64,000 nucleotides of DNA, from the NCBI GenBank assembly GCA_964247055.1, contig OZ176058.1, forward strand, positions 310,001-374,000. The letters run 5' to 3'. A program made the position numbers and the translations under genes. This DNA comes from Paragordius varius. Lineage: Eukaryota; Animalia; Nematomorpha. Position 1 is the first letter of the stretch; the number at the start of each line of letters is the position of its first letter. The notes under the pieces were generated by a model, which was not told the DNA's origin, did not search any database, and worked only from the letters and a program-made list of their open reading frames with translations. Below are positions 1 to 13,224 of this stretch, piece by piece.

Positions 1-569
1 TTTTTTTTATTTTTTTATTCAAAAATTTGAAAAAAATTCGCAAAAATTGATTAATTTTTATATATTTTTTATAAATTTATATAATAAAAATATAAATAAA
101 ATATAAATTTATAATTTTTTAATATAAGTTAAATAAATTTTTTTATTCAAAATTTTGAAAAAAATGCGCAGTCGCCTATTGGTCGAAAATTGATTTTTAA
201 TTTTTATAAATAATTCATTTTTTGAAAATTTTTTTAATATATAAATAAAATATTAACAATATATAAAATTTATAATTATTTAATAAAAGTTTTTTAATTA
301 TTTTATTTTATTTATTTATTTATTTTTATTCAAAAATTCAAAAATAAAATGCGCAAAAATTGATATTTAATTTTTATATATTTTTTTTTGAAAATATTGA
401 ATAAAGATTATATATTAATTATTAATATTTTTTAAAATGTTGAAAATTATAATTTTATAATTATTATATATTTTTAAATATTTATTATTTTTTTAAAATT
501 ATAAGTTATTTTTATAAATTTTTTTTATTATTTTATTTAAAAATTCAAAAATTTGAAAAAAATGCGCAG

Positions 570-2190
570 TCTCCCATTGGTCGAAAATTGATAAAGATGA
601 GTGGTCAGAATTTTGCACGTGACTATGAAAGAGAATTTGAATTTATAGAAAATAAATTTGAAACTATGAAATGGAGGTTTATTTAATTTAATTTAATTAA
701 ATAAAAATTAAAAAAATAATTTATTAAATTAATTTAATATTTAATAATTATTTTCAATTTTAATATATTTTTTATTTATTAGTATTATTAAAAAATTCAA
801 AAATTTTAATATTTAATAATTATTTTTAGAAATTTTGTATTTTAATTTTAATATTTTTTATATTATTAGTATTATTTTTAAAATGATTTTTGAAAATTTT
901 GTATTTTAATTTTAATATATTTTTTATATTATTAGTATTATTTTAAAATTTAAAATTAAAAATTAATTTATTAATTTTATTTAATATATTTTTTATATTA
1001 TTGATATAATTTTTAAAATTATATTAATTTAAGTTATTTATTTTTGTAATAAATATAATTTTATTATTTTAAAATTTAATATCTTTATTATTTATTTATT
1101 TTAAATTTTTTTAAAAATAATTATTTTTTAATTTGATATATATATTTTTATAATAACTATTTTTATTTATTATTTAAAATGTTTAAGTTTTTTATATAAT
1201 AAAATTTTTTAATTTGATATATTTTTTAAAAAAATTATATTTTTTTTACATATTAATCTTAATTTGATTGTCTTTTCCATTTCAAATAATATAATAATTA
1301 TATTTTATTATTTATTTTTTTTTAAAAAAATTAAATTATTTTTTTCATTTTAAATTTTTATTTATTCCAAAAAATTATATTTTTTATTTAATTTAGTTTT
1401 TTATTTAATTTTCATTTAAATCCCTTTATTTATTTAATAAAATAATTTTTTATGAATTTAAATTTTTATTTTTTTTCATTTTTCATTTTTTTTTAAAAAG
1501 CATTTTATTTTTTTTCAAAAATTTAAATTTTTATTTTTTTTTCAATTTTTATTTTTTTCATATGGTTTATCATAATTTTATTTAATAAAATATATATTTT
1601 TTCCATATTCATTTTTTAACTTTTTACTATAAAATATTTAATTTTAAATTTATTTTATAAAATTTAAAAATTTTAATTTTTTCATTTAAATTTTTATTTA
1701 TTTTATAAAAAATTTTAATTTTTTCATTTAATTTATTTATTTATTTCATAAAATATTTATTTTTTTATATTTAAATTTTTTATTCTTTTTATATTTTTTA
1801 TTTATTTTTATAAAATTTTATTTATTTTATAAAACATTTAATTCTAATTTTTTTATTTATTTCATAAAATTTTTTTTAATTTTTAATTTATATTAAAAAA
1901 ATTAAATTATTTTATTTTAAATATTTATTTAAATTTTTAATCATAATTTAATATTTAAATTCGCTTTTAAATTTTTCTTTTTAAACATTTTTTTCTCATT
2001 CATTCACACATCACCTGTTGTGGTTGTCAGATGGGCAAAACAGCTGTTTCGCGACATGAATCGCACTAATCGTGATACCACTTACTTGTACCATGTGCCA
2101 TATGACACGAGGTATGTGGACAAGAGCTTGGCCAAGGATCGTTCCTTTGAGGAAAGCCGGGGCGATGATTATGGACGCCTTCATAGATAA
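570..2190 (+). CDS. NDUFB5: NADH:ubiquinone oxidoreductase subunit B5 (SGDH)-like, 3' exons, copy A (exons 570-676, 2031-2190; 5' exons lie upstream of the window)
   Basis: AG/GT-bounded exons join in phase to give SPIGRKLIKMSGQNFARDYEREFEFIENKFETMKWRWAKQLFRDMNRTNRDTTYLYHVPYDTRYVDKSLAKDRSFEESRGDDYGRLHR*. The preceding exon, seen in copy B, encodes GPAVLTEIPEGYIPEEYEYYK, matching from memory the NDUFB5 motif AELAEIPEGYxPxHWEYxKHPI. Confidence 0.82.
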
Positions 2191-2429
2191 AAACAGCTGT
2201 TCTATTAAATTTCGAAATCAGCTGATTTTTTACAGTCATTTATTTATTCGCGATCACCTGATTTTTTTGTATAATAAATGACTTCTATGTGAAAACATTA
2301 ATAAAACATTGTTATCAAACATAATTTATATGCATTTTCGATGACATTTTTTTGGATTTCCTTCAATAAATACAATTTGCAATCACTTTAGTATTTTAGT
2401 TATCGATTGAATTTGAAATTATTTTTTGT

Positions 2430-3960
2430 GTTTTATGAATTATATGACACGAGGTATGTGGACAAGAGCTTGGCCAAGGATCGTTCCTTTGAAGAAAGTC
2501 GAGGCGATGATTATGGACGCCTTCATAGATAAAAACAGCTGTAATATCGAAATCAGCTGATAAAAACAGCTGTTTTGGGAATTGGCTATTTGATGACTTT
2601 TTTGTATAATAAATGTCTTTTTTGTGAAAACATTAATAAACATTTTATATCAATCACAATTTATTTGCATTTTTTCGATCATATGATTTGGATTTCCTTT
2701 AATAAATCTAATTTGCAATGACTTTAATATTTTAGTTATTGATAGAATTTAAATTAGTTTTATGTGTTTTATAGTTTTGAATAATTTTTAAAGTATCATT
2801 TACCATATGACACGCGGTATGTGGACAAGAGCTTAGCCAAGGATCGTTCCTTTGAGGAAATTCGAGGTGATGATTATGGACGCCTTCATCGATAAAAACA
2901 GCTGTAATATCGGAATCAGCTGATAAAAACAGCTGTTTTTGAGAAATATCTACTGTGTGAAAACATTAATAAAACATTTCATATCAAATATAATTTGCAT
3001 TTTTAATGATATATATTTTAGATTTCCTTTAATAAATATAATTTGCAATCACTTTAGTATTTTAGTTATTGATAGAATTTGAAATTAAACAAATTTAGTA
3101 TCATAAATTATATATGAAACACGAGGTATGTGGACAAGAGCTTGGCCAAGGATCGTTCCTTTGAAGAAAGTCGGGGTGATGATTATGGACGCCTTCATAG
3201 ATAAAAACAGCTGTTTTCTTTTACGATCGAATCAGCTGATAACAACATTTTTTTTTGGAATCGGCTATGTGAATTTTTATATAATAATGGGTTTTTTAAT
3301 TTCATGATGGTTGGAAATGTTTTTTTCAGTCATTTATTTATTCGCGATCACCTGATTTTTTAAAATGTCATCTATGTTATAAAAACATATTATATCAAAC
3401 ACAATTTATATGCATTTTTGATAATATGATTTTAGATTTCCTTAAATAAATATAATTTGCAATTTAGTATTTTAGTTATTGATAGAATTTAAAATTATTT
3501 ATAATTGTGAGCAAATTTAAAAGTATTATGAATATTTTATGAGACACGAGGTATGTGGACAAGAGCTTAGCTAAGGATCGTTCATTTGAGGAAAGTCGGG
3601 GCGATGATTATGGACGCCTTCATAGATAAAAACAGCTGTATTTTTAGTTTTAAAGATCACCTGATTTTTTAAAATGTCATTTATGTTATAAAAACATTTC
3701 ATATCAAACATAATTTATATGCATTTTCAATGATATTTTGGATTTCTTTAATAATTATAATTTGCAATCATTTTAGTATTTTAGTTATTGATAGAATTTG
3801 AAATTAGTTTTATGATTTTATAATAGTGAGCAAATTAAAAGTATCATGAATTATATTAGACACGCGGTATGTCGACAAGAGTTTAGCTAAAGATCATTCT
3901 TTCAAAGATAGTAGAAGCGAATATGGATGTTTTCATAAATAAAAACTCCGAAATTTACGA
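2430..3960 (+). repeat. Tandem array A of the NDUFB5 terminal coding segment + stop + 3'UTR (4 intact cores, 1 degenerate; about 310-420 bp period)
   Basis: The core GACACG(A/C)GGTATGTGGACAAGAG...GGACGCCTTCATAGATAAAAACAGCTGT recurs near 2443, 2803, 3113, 3540 and, degenerate, 3855. Confidence 0.95.
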
Positions 3961-4120
3961 TCAAATCAGCTGATGTTTCTGAAAACCAGCTGTGCCATTT
4001 TTTGTTATGGTAAAATTTGTTAAATTACGAAATAAAATAATTTGTTGTTAAACAACTGTTTTCATTCATTCATCAATCACCTGATTTTTAAAATAGGATT
4101 TTTAGAAAATTTTTTATAAA

Positions 4121-4151
<31 letters not shown>

Positions 4152-4425
4152 AATATAATTCCCAGTTTAAATATTTAAAATCGCTGATATATTCAAATAT
4201 ATATTTTTTTACATTAATTTATTTTCATAAATTTATATGGCTATAAATAATACTAAATATGAATACCAAAATTAGTTTATATTTAATTTTTAAAAAAATT
4301 TATATATAATTTTTATATAATTTCAAAATTTTAAAATAAGATTTAAATATAAAATTAAAATATTTTTAATAAAATTTATATATATAATTCAAAATTTATT
4401 TAAAATTTTTTTTTCTTTAATTAAA

Positions 4426-4619
4426 TTAATCTTCTTTTTTGTCAGTTAGACAACTTTCTTCTGCCTTTAAGTTTCCGCTAAAATCGCATTCATTCACGCG
4501 ATCACCTGATTTTCTCGTCAGCTGTTTTTGGCGGACATTTTGCTGCTGATTATTTATTCCAGATAATTCTCTCACAAATTGGAATTGAAGCAAAATATAT
4601 TTCCAGATAATGTACCAAC
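4426..4619 (-). pseudogene. SMIM13: Orphan duplicate of SMIM13-like exon 2 (frame open, acceptor intact, no exon 1 adjacent)
   Basis: Reads (G)WYIIWKYILLQFQFVRELSGINNQQQNVRQKQLTRKSGDRVNECDFSGNLKAEESCLTDKKED*, nearly identical to 13225-13421. Only AT-rich sequence lies between 4622 and 4836. It could instead be an alternative last exon. Confidence 0.7.
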
Positions 4620-4836
4620 CTAAAAAAGTATTTTATAAAAAAAAATTAAATTTTAAAAATATATAAATTTTAAAAAATATTTCAAAAAAGTGCTGATATT
4701 TATAATATTATAAAAGTTTTTAAAATATATTTTTAAAATATGTTGAAAATTTATAAATTATTTAAAATTAAATAAAAAATAATTATTTATTTCCAATAAA
4801 AATATTTAATTATTTAATTTTTAAATTATTTTTAAG

Positions 4837-7473
4837 GACCAGCTGTTTTGACAGAAATTCCTGAAGGATATATACCTGAAGAATATGAATATTATAAAGT
4901 TTATAATTTATTTTATTTTTTGTAAATTTATTAAAAAATATAAAATTTTTATTATAATTTTTTAATTAATATTTTTAAATTTTATATTAAAATTTTTTGT
5001 GTTAATTAAAAATTATTTTTTAAAAAAAATTTATTAATTATAATAATTTATAAACAAATATTTCTTTATTTATTATTTTAATGATTATATTTTATATTTT
5101 TTTTTATCAAAATTAATTAATTTATTTATTTATTTAAATTATTATTTTTTAAATTTTTTATTTAATATTTTTAATTATTTATTTAAATGAATATAATTAT
5201 ATTTTAAATTTTTTTATCAAAATATTTTTATTTATTTATTTATTGTAAAAATATTATAAATAATAAATGTTTTATTGTCTTAAAAATTTTATTGAAAAAA
5301 AATTATTTTTAAATTGATTTTTAATTTTTTTAGTAATTTTATTTTAATTTTTTTCTAATTAAAATTCATATTTTATTTATTATATTATATAAATATATTT
5401 TAAATATTTAAACATTAAAAATATAAATAAAATATAAATTTCTATTTTAATAAAAGTTTTTTTAATTATTTTATTTATTTTATATAAGTTAAATAATTTT
5501 TTTTATTCAAAAATTCAAAAATTTGAAAAAAAATGCGCAGTCTCCTATTGGTCGAAAATTGATTTTTAATTTTTATAATAATTTTTTTTGAAAATATTTT
5601 AATATTTAATATTTTTAATAACAAAAATTAAATTTTTAAATGTCATAATATAAGTTTTTTTAATTATTTATTTAAATAATAAGTTACTTTTATTTTTTTT
5701 TTTATTAATTTATTCAAAGATTTAAAATTTTGAAAAAAATGCGCAGTCTCCTATTGGTCGAAAATTGATTTTTATAAACAATTTTTATTTTATTATTTTT
5801 GAAAATATTGAATTTTAAATTTTTTCTAATATTAAATCAAGCTATTAATAATAACTATTAATATTTTAAAAATAAATAAAATATAAATTTATAATTTTTT
5901 AATATAAGTTAAATAAATTTTTTTATTCAAAAATTTGAAAAAAAATGCGCAGTCTCCTATTGGTCGAAAATTGATAAAGCTGAGTGGTCAGAATTTTGCA
6001 CGTGACTATGAAAGGGAATTTGAATTTATCGAAAATAAATTTGAAACTATGAAATGGAGGTTTATTTAATTTAATTAAATAAAAATTAAAAAAAAATAAT
6101 TTAAATTAATTTTTATTTTCAATTTTTATTTATTAATTAATTATTATTATTATTTTAATTTATTAATTTTAATATATTTTTTATATTATTAGTATTAGTT
6201 TTAAAATTATATTTAAATATTTAAAAATTATTTTTAGAAATTTTGTATTTTAATTTTAATATTTTCTATATAAATTTTATATTTTCAATTTTTATTTAAA
6301 TTATTAATATTATTAAAAATTTTAATATATTTTTTATATTATTGGTATAATTTTTCAAATTTTTTTTTAATATATTAATTTCAATGTATTTTTTAAATTA
6401 TTAGTATTATTTTTAAAATATATTAAAGATTATTTTTAGAAATTTTGTATTTTAATTTTAATATATTTTTTATATTATTACAATTATTTTTAAAATATTA
6501 ATTTAAATTACCAATTTTTGTTAACATATATAACTCATTATGTTTAAATATACTATATTATTATTTATTTATTTATTAAATTATTTTATTTATTCAGTAT
6601 TTCTTTTTTCCAAAAAATTATTATTTTTATAATAACTATTTTTATTTATTATTTAAAATGTTTAAGTTTTTTATATAATAAAATTTTTTAATTTGATATA
6701 TTTTTTAAAAAATTATATTTTTTTACATATTAATCTTAATTTGATTGTCTTTTCCATTTCAAATAATATAATAATTATATTTTATTATTTATTTTTTTTA
6801 AAAAAATTAAATTATTTTTTTGATTTTAAATTTTTATTTATTCCAAAAATTATATTTTTTATTTAATTTAATTTTTTATTTAAGTTTCATTTAAATCCCT
6901 TCATTTATTTAATAAAATAATTTTTTATGAATTTAAATTTTAACTTTTTTTCATTCTTCATTTTATTTTTTTTTCAAAAATTTAAATTTTTATTTTTTTT
7001 TAATTTTTATTTTTTTCATATGGTTTATCATAATTTTATTTAATAAAATATATTTTTTTTCCATATTCATTTTTTAACTTTTTACTATAAAATATTTAAT
7101 TTTAAATTTTTTTTATAAAATTTAAAAATTTTAATTTTTTCATTTAAATTATTATTTTTTTATAGTATAACATAATTTTTTTATGTATTTATAACTTATT
7201 TAAATTCTTTATTTTTTTTATAAATAATTTAATTTAAATTTTCATTATTTAAATCCATTTAATTATTAAACATCTGTTTTCATTCATTCACACATCACCT
7301 GTGTGGGTGTCAGATGGGCAAAACAGCTGTTTCGTGACATGAACCGCACAAATCGTGATACCACTTACTTGTACCATGTGCCATATGACACGCGGTATGT
7401 GGACAAGAGTTTGGCCAAGGATCGTTCCTTTGAGGAAAGTCGGGGCGATGATTATGGACGCCTTCATAGATAA
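4837..7473 (+). CDS. NDUFB5: NDUFB5-like 3' exons, copy B (exons 4837-4898, 5953-6059, 7314-7473); no own 5' exons or start codon
   Basis: Three in-phase AG/GT exons. Versus copy A I count 9 synonymous and 1 non-synonymous (M>L) differences in the two shared exons. Confidence 0.8.
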
Positions 7474-7669
7474 AAACAGCTGTTGGATTAAATATCAAAA
7501 TCAGCTGATGTTTTTGAAAATCTATCTTCTGTGTGAAAACATTAATAAAACATTATAATCAATTTATATGCATTTTCGTTAATATGATTTTACCTTTAAT
7601 AAATATAATTTGCAATCACTTTAGTATGTTAGTTATAGATAGAATTTGAAATTAAACAAATTTGAAAGT

Positions 7670-10600
7670 ATCATGAATTTTATAAGAAACGAGGTATGTG
7701 GACAAGAGCTTGGCCAAGGATCGTTCCTTTGAGGAAAGTCGAGGCGATGATTATGGACGCCTTCACAGATAAAAACAGCTGTGTCCTTAAATAGCCAAAT
7801 CAGCTGATTTTTTACAGTCATTTATTTATTCGCGATCACCTGATTTTTTTGTATAATAAATGACTTCTATGTGAAAACATTAATAAAACATTGTTATCAA
7901 ACATATTTTATATGCATTTTCAATAATATGAATTTGGATTTCCTTTAATAAATATAATTTGCAATCACTTTAGTATTTTAGTTATTGATTGAATTTGAAA
8001 TTAGTTTTTTGTGTTTAAAAGTTTTGAATAAATTTAAAAGTGTTCATGAATTATATGAAACACGCGGTATGTGGACAAGAGTTTGGCCAAGGATCGTTCC
8101 TTTGAGGAAAGTTGGGGTGATGATTATGGACGCCTTCATCGATAAAAACAGCTGTTGCCTTAAATATCAAAATCAGCTGATTTTTGTGAAAATGTATCTT
8201 CTGTGTGAAAACATTTAAAAACATTATTATCACAATTTATATGCATTTTCAATCATATGATTTTGGATTTCCTTTAATAAATATAATTGCAATCACCTTT
8301 TAGTATTTTAGTTATTGATAGAATTTAAAATTAGTTTTTTAATTTTTTAATTGTGAATAAAATTTAAAAGTATCATGAATTTTATGAGACACGAGGTATG
8401 TGGACAAGAGCCTGGCCAAGGATCGTTCCTTTGAGGGAAGTCGGGGCGATGATTATGGTCGCCTTCATAGATAAAAACAGCTGTTTGCTAAAATATCCAA
8501 ATCAGCTGATTTTTGAAAATGTCATCTATGTTATAAAACATCAATAAAACATTAATTCATATCAAACACATTTTATATGCATTTTCAATCATATGAATTT
8601 GGATTTCTTTAATAAATCTAATTTGCAATGACTTTGGTATTTTAGTTATTGATAGAATTTTAAAATGATTTTGATTTAATAGTTTTGAACAAATTTAAAA
8701 GTACCATTAATTTTATGAGACACGCGGTATGTGGACAAGAGTTTGGCCAAGGATCGTTCCTTTGAGGAGAGTCGAGGCGATGATTATGGACGCCTCCATA
8801 GATAAAAACAGCTGTAGGATTAAATAGCAATATCAGCTGATATTTGCATAATTAATGTCTTTTGTGTGAAAAAATTAATAAAACGTTTATTAAAACACAA
8901 ATTATATGCATTTTCAATGATATATATTTTGGATTTCCTTTAATAAATATTCGCAATCACTTTAGTATTTTAGTTAATAGAATTGAAATTAAACAAATTT
9001 AAAAATATTATAAATTTTATGAGACACGCGGTATGTGGACAAGAGTTTAGCCAAGGATCGTTCCTTCGAAGAAAGTCGGGGCGATGATTATGGACGCCTT
9101 CATAGATAAAAACAGCTGTTTGCTTAAATATTGAAATCAGCTGATAACAACAGCTGTTTTGTCATTTTCATTAATTTTATTAATTATTATATTGGAAATT
9201 AATTGTAATTCATTCGCTATCGCCTGATTTTTATAGAAAATAAAATTATGCTAATAAAATCATTTTGGATATTATTTTGTATAATGATTTAAGGCGATGA
9301 TTATTGACGCCTTCATAGATAAAAACAGCTGTTGGCTTAAATATCAAAATCAGCTGATTTTACAAATATGTATATTCTGTGTGGAAACATTAATAAATAT
9401 TATTATCAAACACAAATTATATGCATTTTCGATCTTATGATTTTAGATTTATTTTAATAAATATAATTTGCATTTTTATTTTAGATTTCCTTTAATAAAT
9501 ATTTGCAATCACTTTTTAATTATTGATAGAATTAAAATTAAACAAATTTAAAAATATCAAAAATATATAAGACACGAGGTATGTGGACAAGAGCTTGGCC
9601 AAGGATCGTTCCTTTGAGGAAAGTCGGGGCGATGATTATGGACGCCTTCATAGATAAAAACAGCTGTTTGCTTAAATATTGATATCAGCTGATTTTATAT
9701 TTTTTGGGCAGCTATGTGTTTTTTTTGTATTATTTTCATCATAATTGGAAATGCAGTTTAACAGTCATTTATTATTCGCGATCACCTGATTTTCGAAAAT
9801 GTCATCTAGGTTATAAAAACATTTCATATCAAACACAATTTATATGCATTTTCGATGATATCATTTTGGATTTTCCTTTAATAAATATAATTTGCAATCA
9901 TTTTAGTATTTTAGTTTTTGATTGAATTTGAAATTAGTTTTTGATTTTATAGTTTTAAATAAATTTAAAAGTGTTCATCAATTATATGAGCCACGAGGTA
10001 TGTGGACAAGAGCTTAGCCAAGGATCGTTCCTTTGAGGAAAGTCGGGGCGATGATTATGGACGCCTTCATAGATAAAAACAGCTGTTTTAATTTACGATC
10101 AAATCAGCTGGTATAAACGGCTGATTTGTCATTTGCATTTTTATATTAATTAAATTATTGGAATTGTATCATTCATTCGCTATCACCTGATTTATATAGA
10201 AAATAAAATTGTTCAGTCATGCTAATAAAATAAATTTAAATAATATTTTGTATAATGATTTAATAAAGGCGATGATTATGGACGCCTTCATAGATAAAAA
10301 CAGCTGCATGCTTAAATTTTGAAATCAGCTGATGTTTTTGGAAATGTATCTTTTGTGTGAAAACAATAAAACGTTTCATTAAAACACAATTTATATTTTA
10401 GATTTCTTTTAATAAATATAATTTGCAATCACTTTTTAGTTGTTGATTGAATTGAAATTAAACAAATTTAAAAATATTATAAATTATATATGACACGAGG
10501 TATGTGGACAAGAGTTTGGCCAAGGATCGTTCCTTTGAGGAAAGTCGGGGCGATGATTATGGACGCCTTCATAGATAAAAACAGCTGTATGCCTAAATCA

Positions 10601-12720
10601 GCTGATAACAACAGCTGTTTTGTCATTTCATTTTTAATAATTTTATTAATTATGATGATTGGAAAATCAATTGTATTTTATAATATATTCATTCGCTGTC
10701 ACCCAATTTTTATAGAAAATAAAATTGTTAGTCATGCTAATAAAATCATTTTGAATTTTGTATTTTGTTAAATAATTAAATAGGGGTGATGATTATGGAC
10801 GCCTTCATAGATAAAAACAGCTGTTGGCTTAAAATATCTAAATCAGCTGATTTAATATTTTTTTGGAAATCGGCTATTTGATGACTTTTTTGTATAATAA
10901 ATGTCTTTTGGAAAACTTATAATCAACTTAATGCATTTTCAACCATATGAAATTTAGATTTCCCCAAATAAATATAATTTGCAATCATTATTTATTGATA
11001 GAATTGAAATTAGTTTTTGATTTTATAGTTTTAAATAAATTTAAAAGTGTTCATGAATTATATGAAACACGAGGTATGTGGACAAGAGTTTAGCCAAGGA
11101 TCGTTCCTTTGAGGAAAGTCGGGGCGATGATTATGGACGCCTTCATAGATAAAAACAGCTGTATTATCGAAATCAACTGATAATAACAGCTGTTGTGTTA
11201 TTTGCATTAATTTAAATGAATTAGGCATTTTCGATGTATTATTTTAGATTTCTTTTAAATAAATAAAATTTGCAATCACTTTAGTAGTTATTGATTGAAT
11301 TGAAATTAAACAAATTTAAGTATTATGAATTATATGAGACACGCGGTATGTGGACAAGAGTTTAGCCAGGGACCGTTCGATTATGGACGCCTTCATAGAT
11401 AAAAACAGCTGTATGATCAATTATCAAAATCAGCTGATTTTATATTTTTTGGGCAGCTATGTGTTTTTTTTGTATGATAAATGACTTCTGTGTGAAAACA
11501 ATAATAAAACATTTCATATCAAACATAATTTTTATGCATTTTCGATCATATGATTTTGGATTTCCTTTAATAAATATAATTTGCAATCACTTTTTAGTAT
11601 TTTAGTTATTGATTGAATTTGAAATTAGTATTTTTAGATTTTATAGTTGTGAATTTAAAGTATTATATATATGACACGAGGTATGTGGACAAGAGCTTGG
11701 CCAAGGATCGTTCCTTTGAGGAAAGTCGGGGCGATGGTTATGGACGCCTTCATAGATAAAAACAGCTGTTGGCTTAAATGTCGAAATCAGCTGATATTTA
11801 AAAATGTATCTTCTGTGTGAAAACATTAATAAAACATTTAATATCAAACATAATTTATATGCATTTTCGATGATATTTTAGATTTTTTTCTATAAATATT
11901 CGCAATCACTTTAGAATTTTAGTTTTTGATTGGATTTGAAATTATTTTTGTGTTTTATATTTGTGAATAAATTGAAAAGTATCATTAATTATATGAGACA
12001 CGAGGTATGTGGACAAGAAGCCAAGTTGAAGAAAGTCGGGGCGATGATTATGGACGCCTTCATAGATAAAAACAGCTGTTTGCATAAATATCCAGATCAG
12101 CTGATGTTTTTGAAAATGTCTATACTGTGTGAAAACATTAATAATTTCATAACAAACATAATTTATATGCATTTTTTGGATTTCCTTTAATAAATAAAAT
12201 TTGCAATCACTTTAGTATTTTAGTTATTGATAGAATTTGAAATTAGTTTTTTGCTTTTATAATTGTGAAAAAATTATAAAGTATTATGAATTTTATGAGA
12301 CACGAGGTATGTGGACAAGAGCTTGGCCAAGGATCGTTCCTTTGAGGAGTGTCGGGGAGATGATTATGGACGCCTTCATAGATAAAAACAGCTGTTGGCT
12401 TAAATATCGAAATCAGCTGATAATAACAGCTGTTTTTCCATTTCATTTTTAATATTTTTTTTAATTATTTGGAAAAACAAATGTATTTTATAATACCTTC
12501 ATTCGCTATCACCTGATTTTTATGGAAAATAAAATTGTTAGTCATGCTAATAAAATCATTTTGGATTTGGTATAATATTTTGTTTAATGATTAAATTTAT
12601 ATACGAGATAAGTCGATAAAAGGTTAACTAAAGATCATTCTTTCAAAGAGGGTAAAGGCTAATATGGACATTTTCATAAAGAAAAACACCTGTTTTGAAA
12701 ATTTTTATATCAGCTGTTGA
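7670..12720 (+). repeat. Tandem array B of the NDUFB5 terminal coding segment + stop + 3'UTR (13 cores, 3 half-cores, 1 degenerate)
   Basis: Cores near 7685, 8060, 8388, 8718, 9022, 9570, 9988, 10492, 11066, 11338, 11673, 11997 and 12298. Half-cores near 9295, 10268 and 10785. Degenerate copy near 12600. Confidence 0.95.
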
Positions 12721-13224
12721 GTTTTTTTGTTATCCTGAAATCCGATACAATTTTGAAGTACAATTAAATAAGTTGCAAAACAACTGTTTTCATTCATTCA
12801 TCAATCACCTGATTTAAGAAAAATATGTATTTAATAAAACATTTTTTATATTCATTATTTTTATTATTATTATTTTTTAGATTTCTTTTAATATAAATAT
12901 AATTCCCAATTTAAATATTAAAAACCGTTGATATGTTCAAATATATATTTCTTTACATTATTTTCATATATATATGTATAAATATATATGGACATATATA
13001 ATATAAATAATACCAAATATATATTTAACCTTAAAAAATATAAATAATACTAAATATAAATACAATCTCGAATAAATAACATTAAATATTAATATAATTT
13101 TTAAATAAACAAAGTTAAAATTTAAATAATTAAAAAATTATATATATAAATTAAAAATTTATAAAAAAAATTAAAAATTATATATATAATTCAAAAATTG
13201 TAAAATAAATTTTTTTAAAATAAA

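Noticed and set aside
2072-12452. ORF-track peptides of the MTRGMWTRAWPRIVPLRK type and their antisense ORFs
   Set aside because: They are alternative frames of the NDUFB5 last exon and its repeats. The synonymous variation falls in the DTRYVDKSL frame, not in these.
7670-12720. CRISPR-like repeat/spacer appearance
   Set aside because: The context is eukaryotic and intron-containing, the repeats derive from a gene end, the 'spacers' are mutually related, and there are no cas genes.
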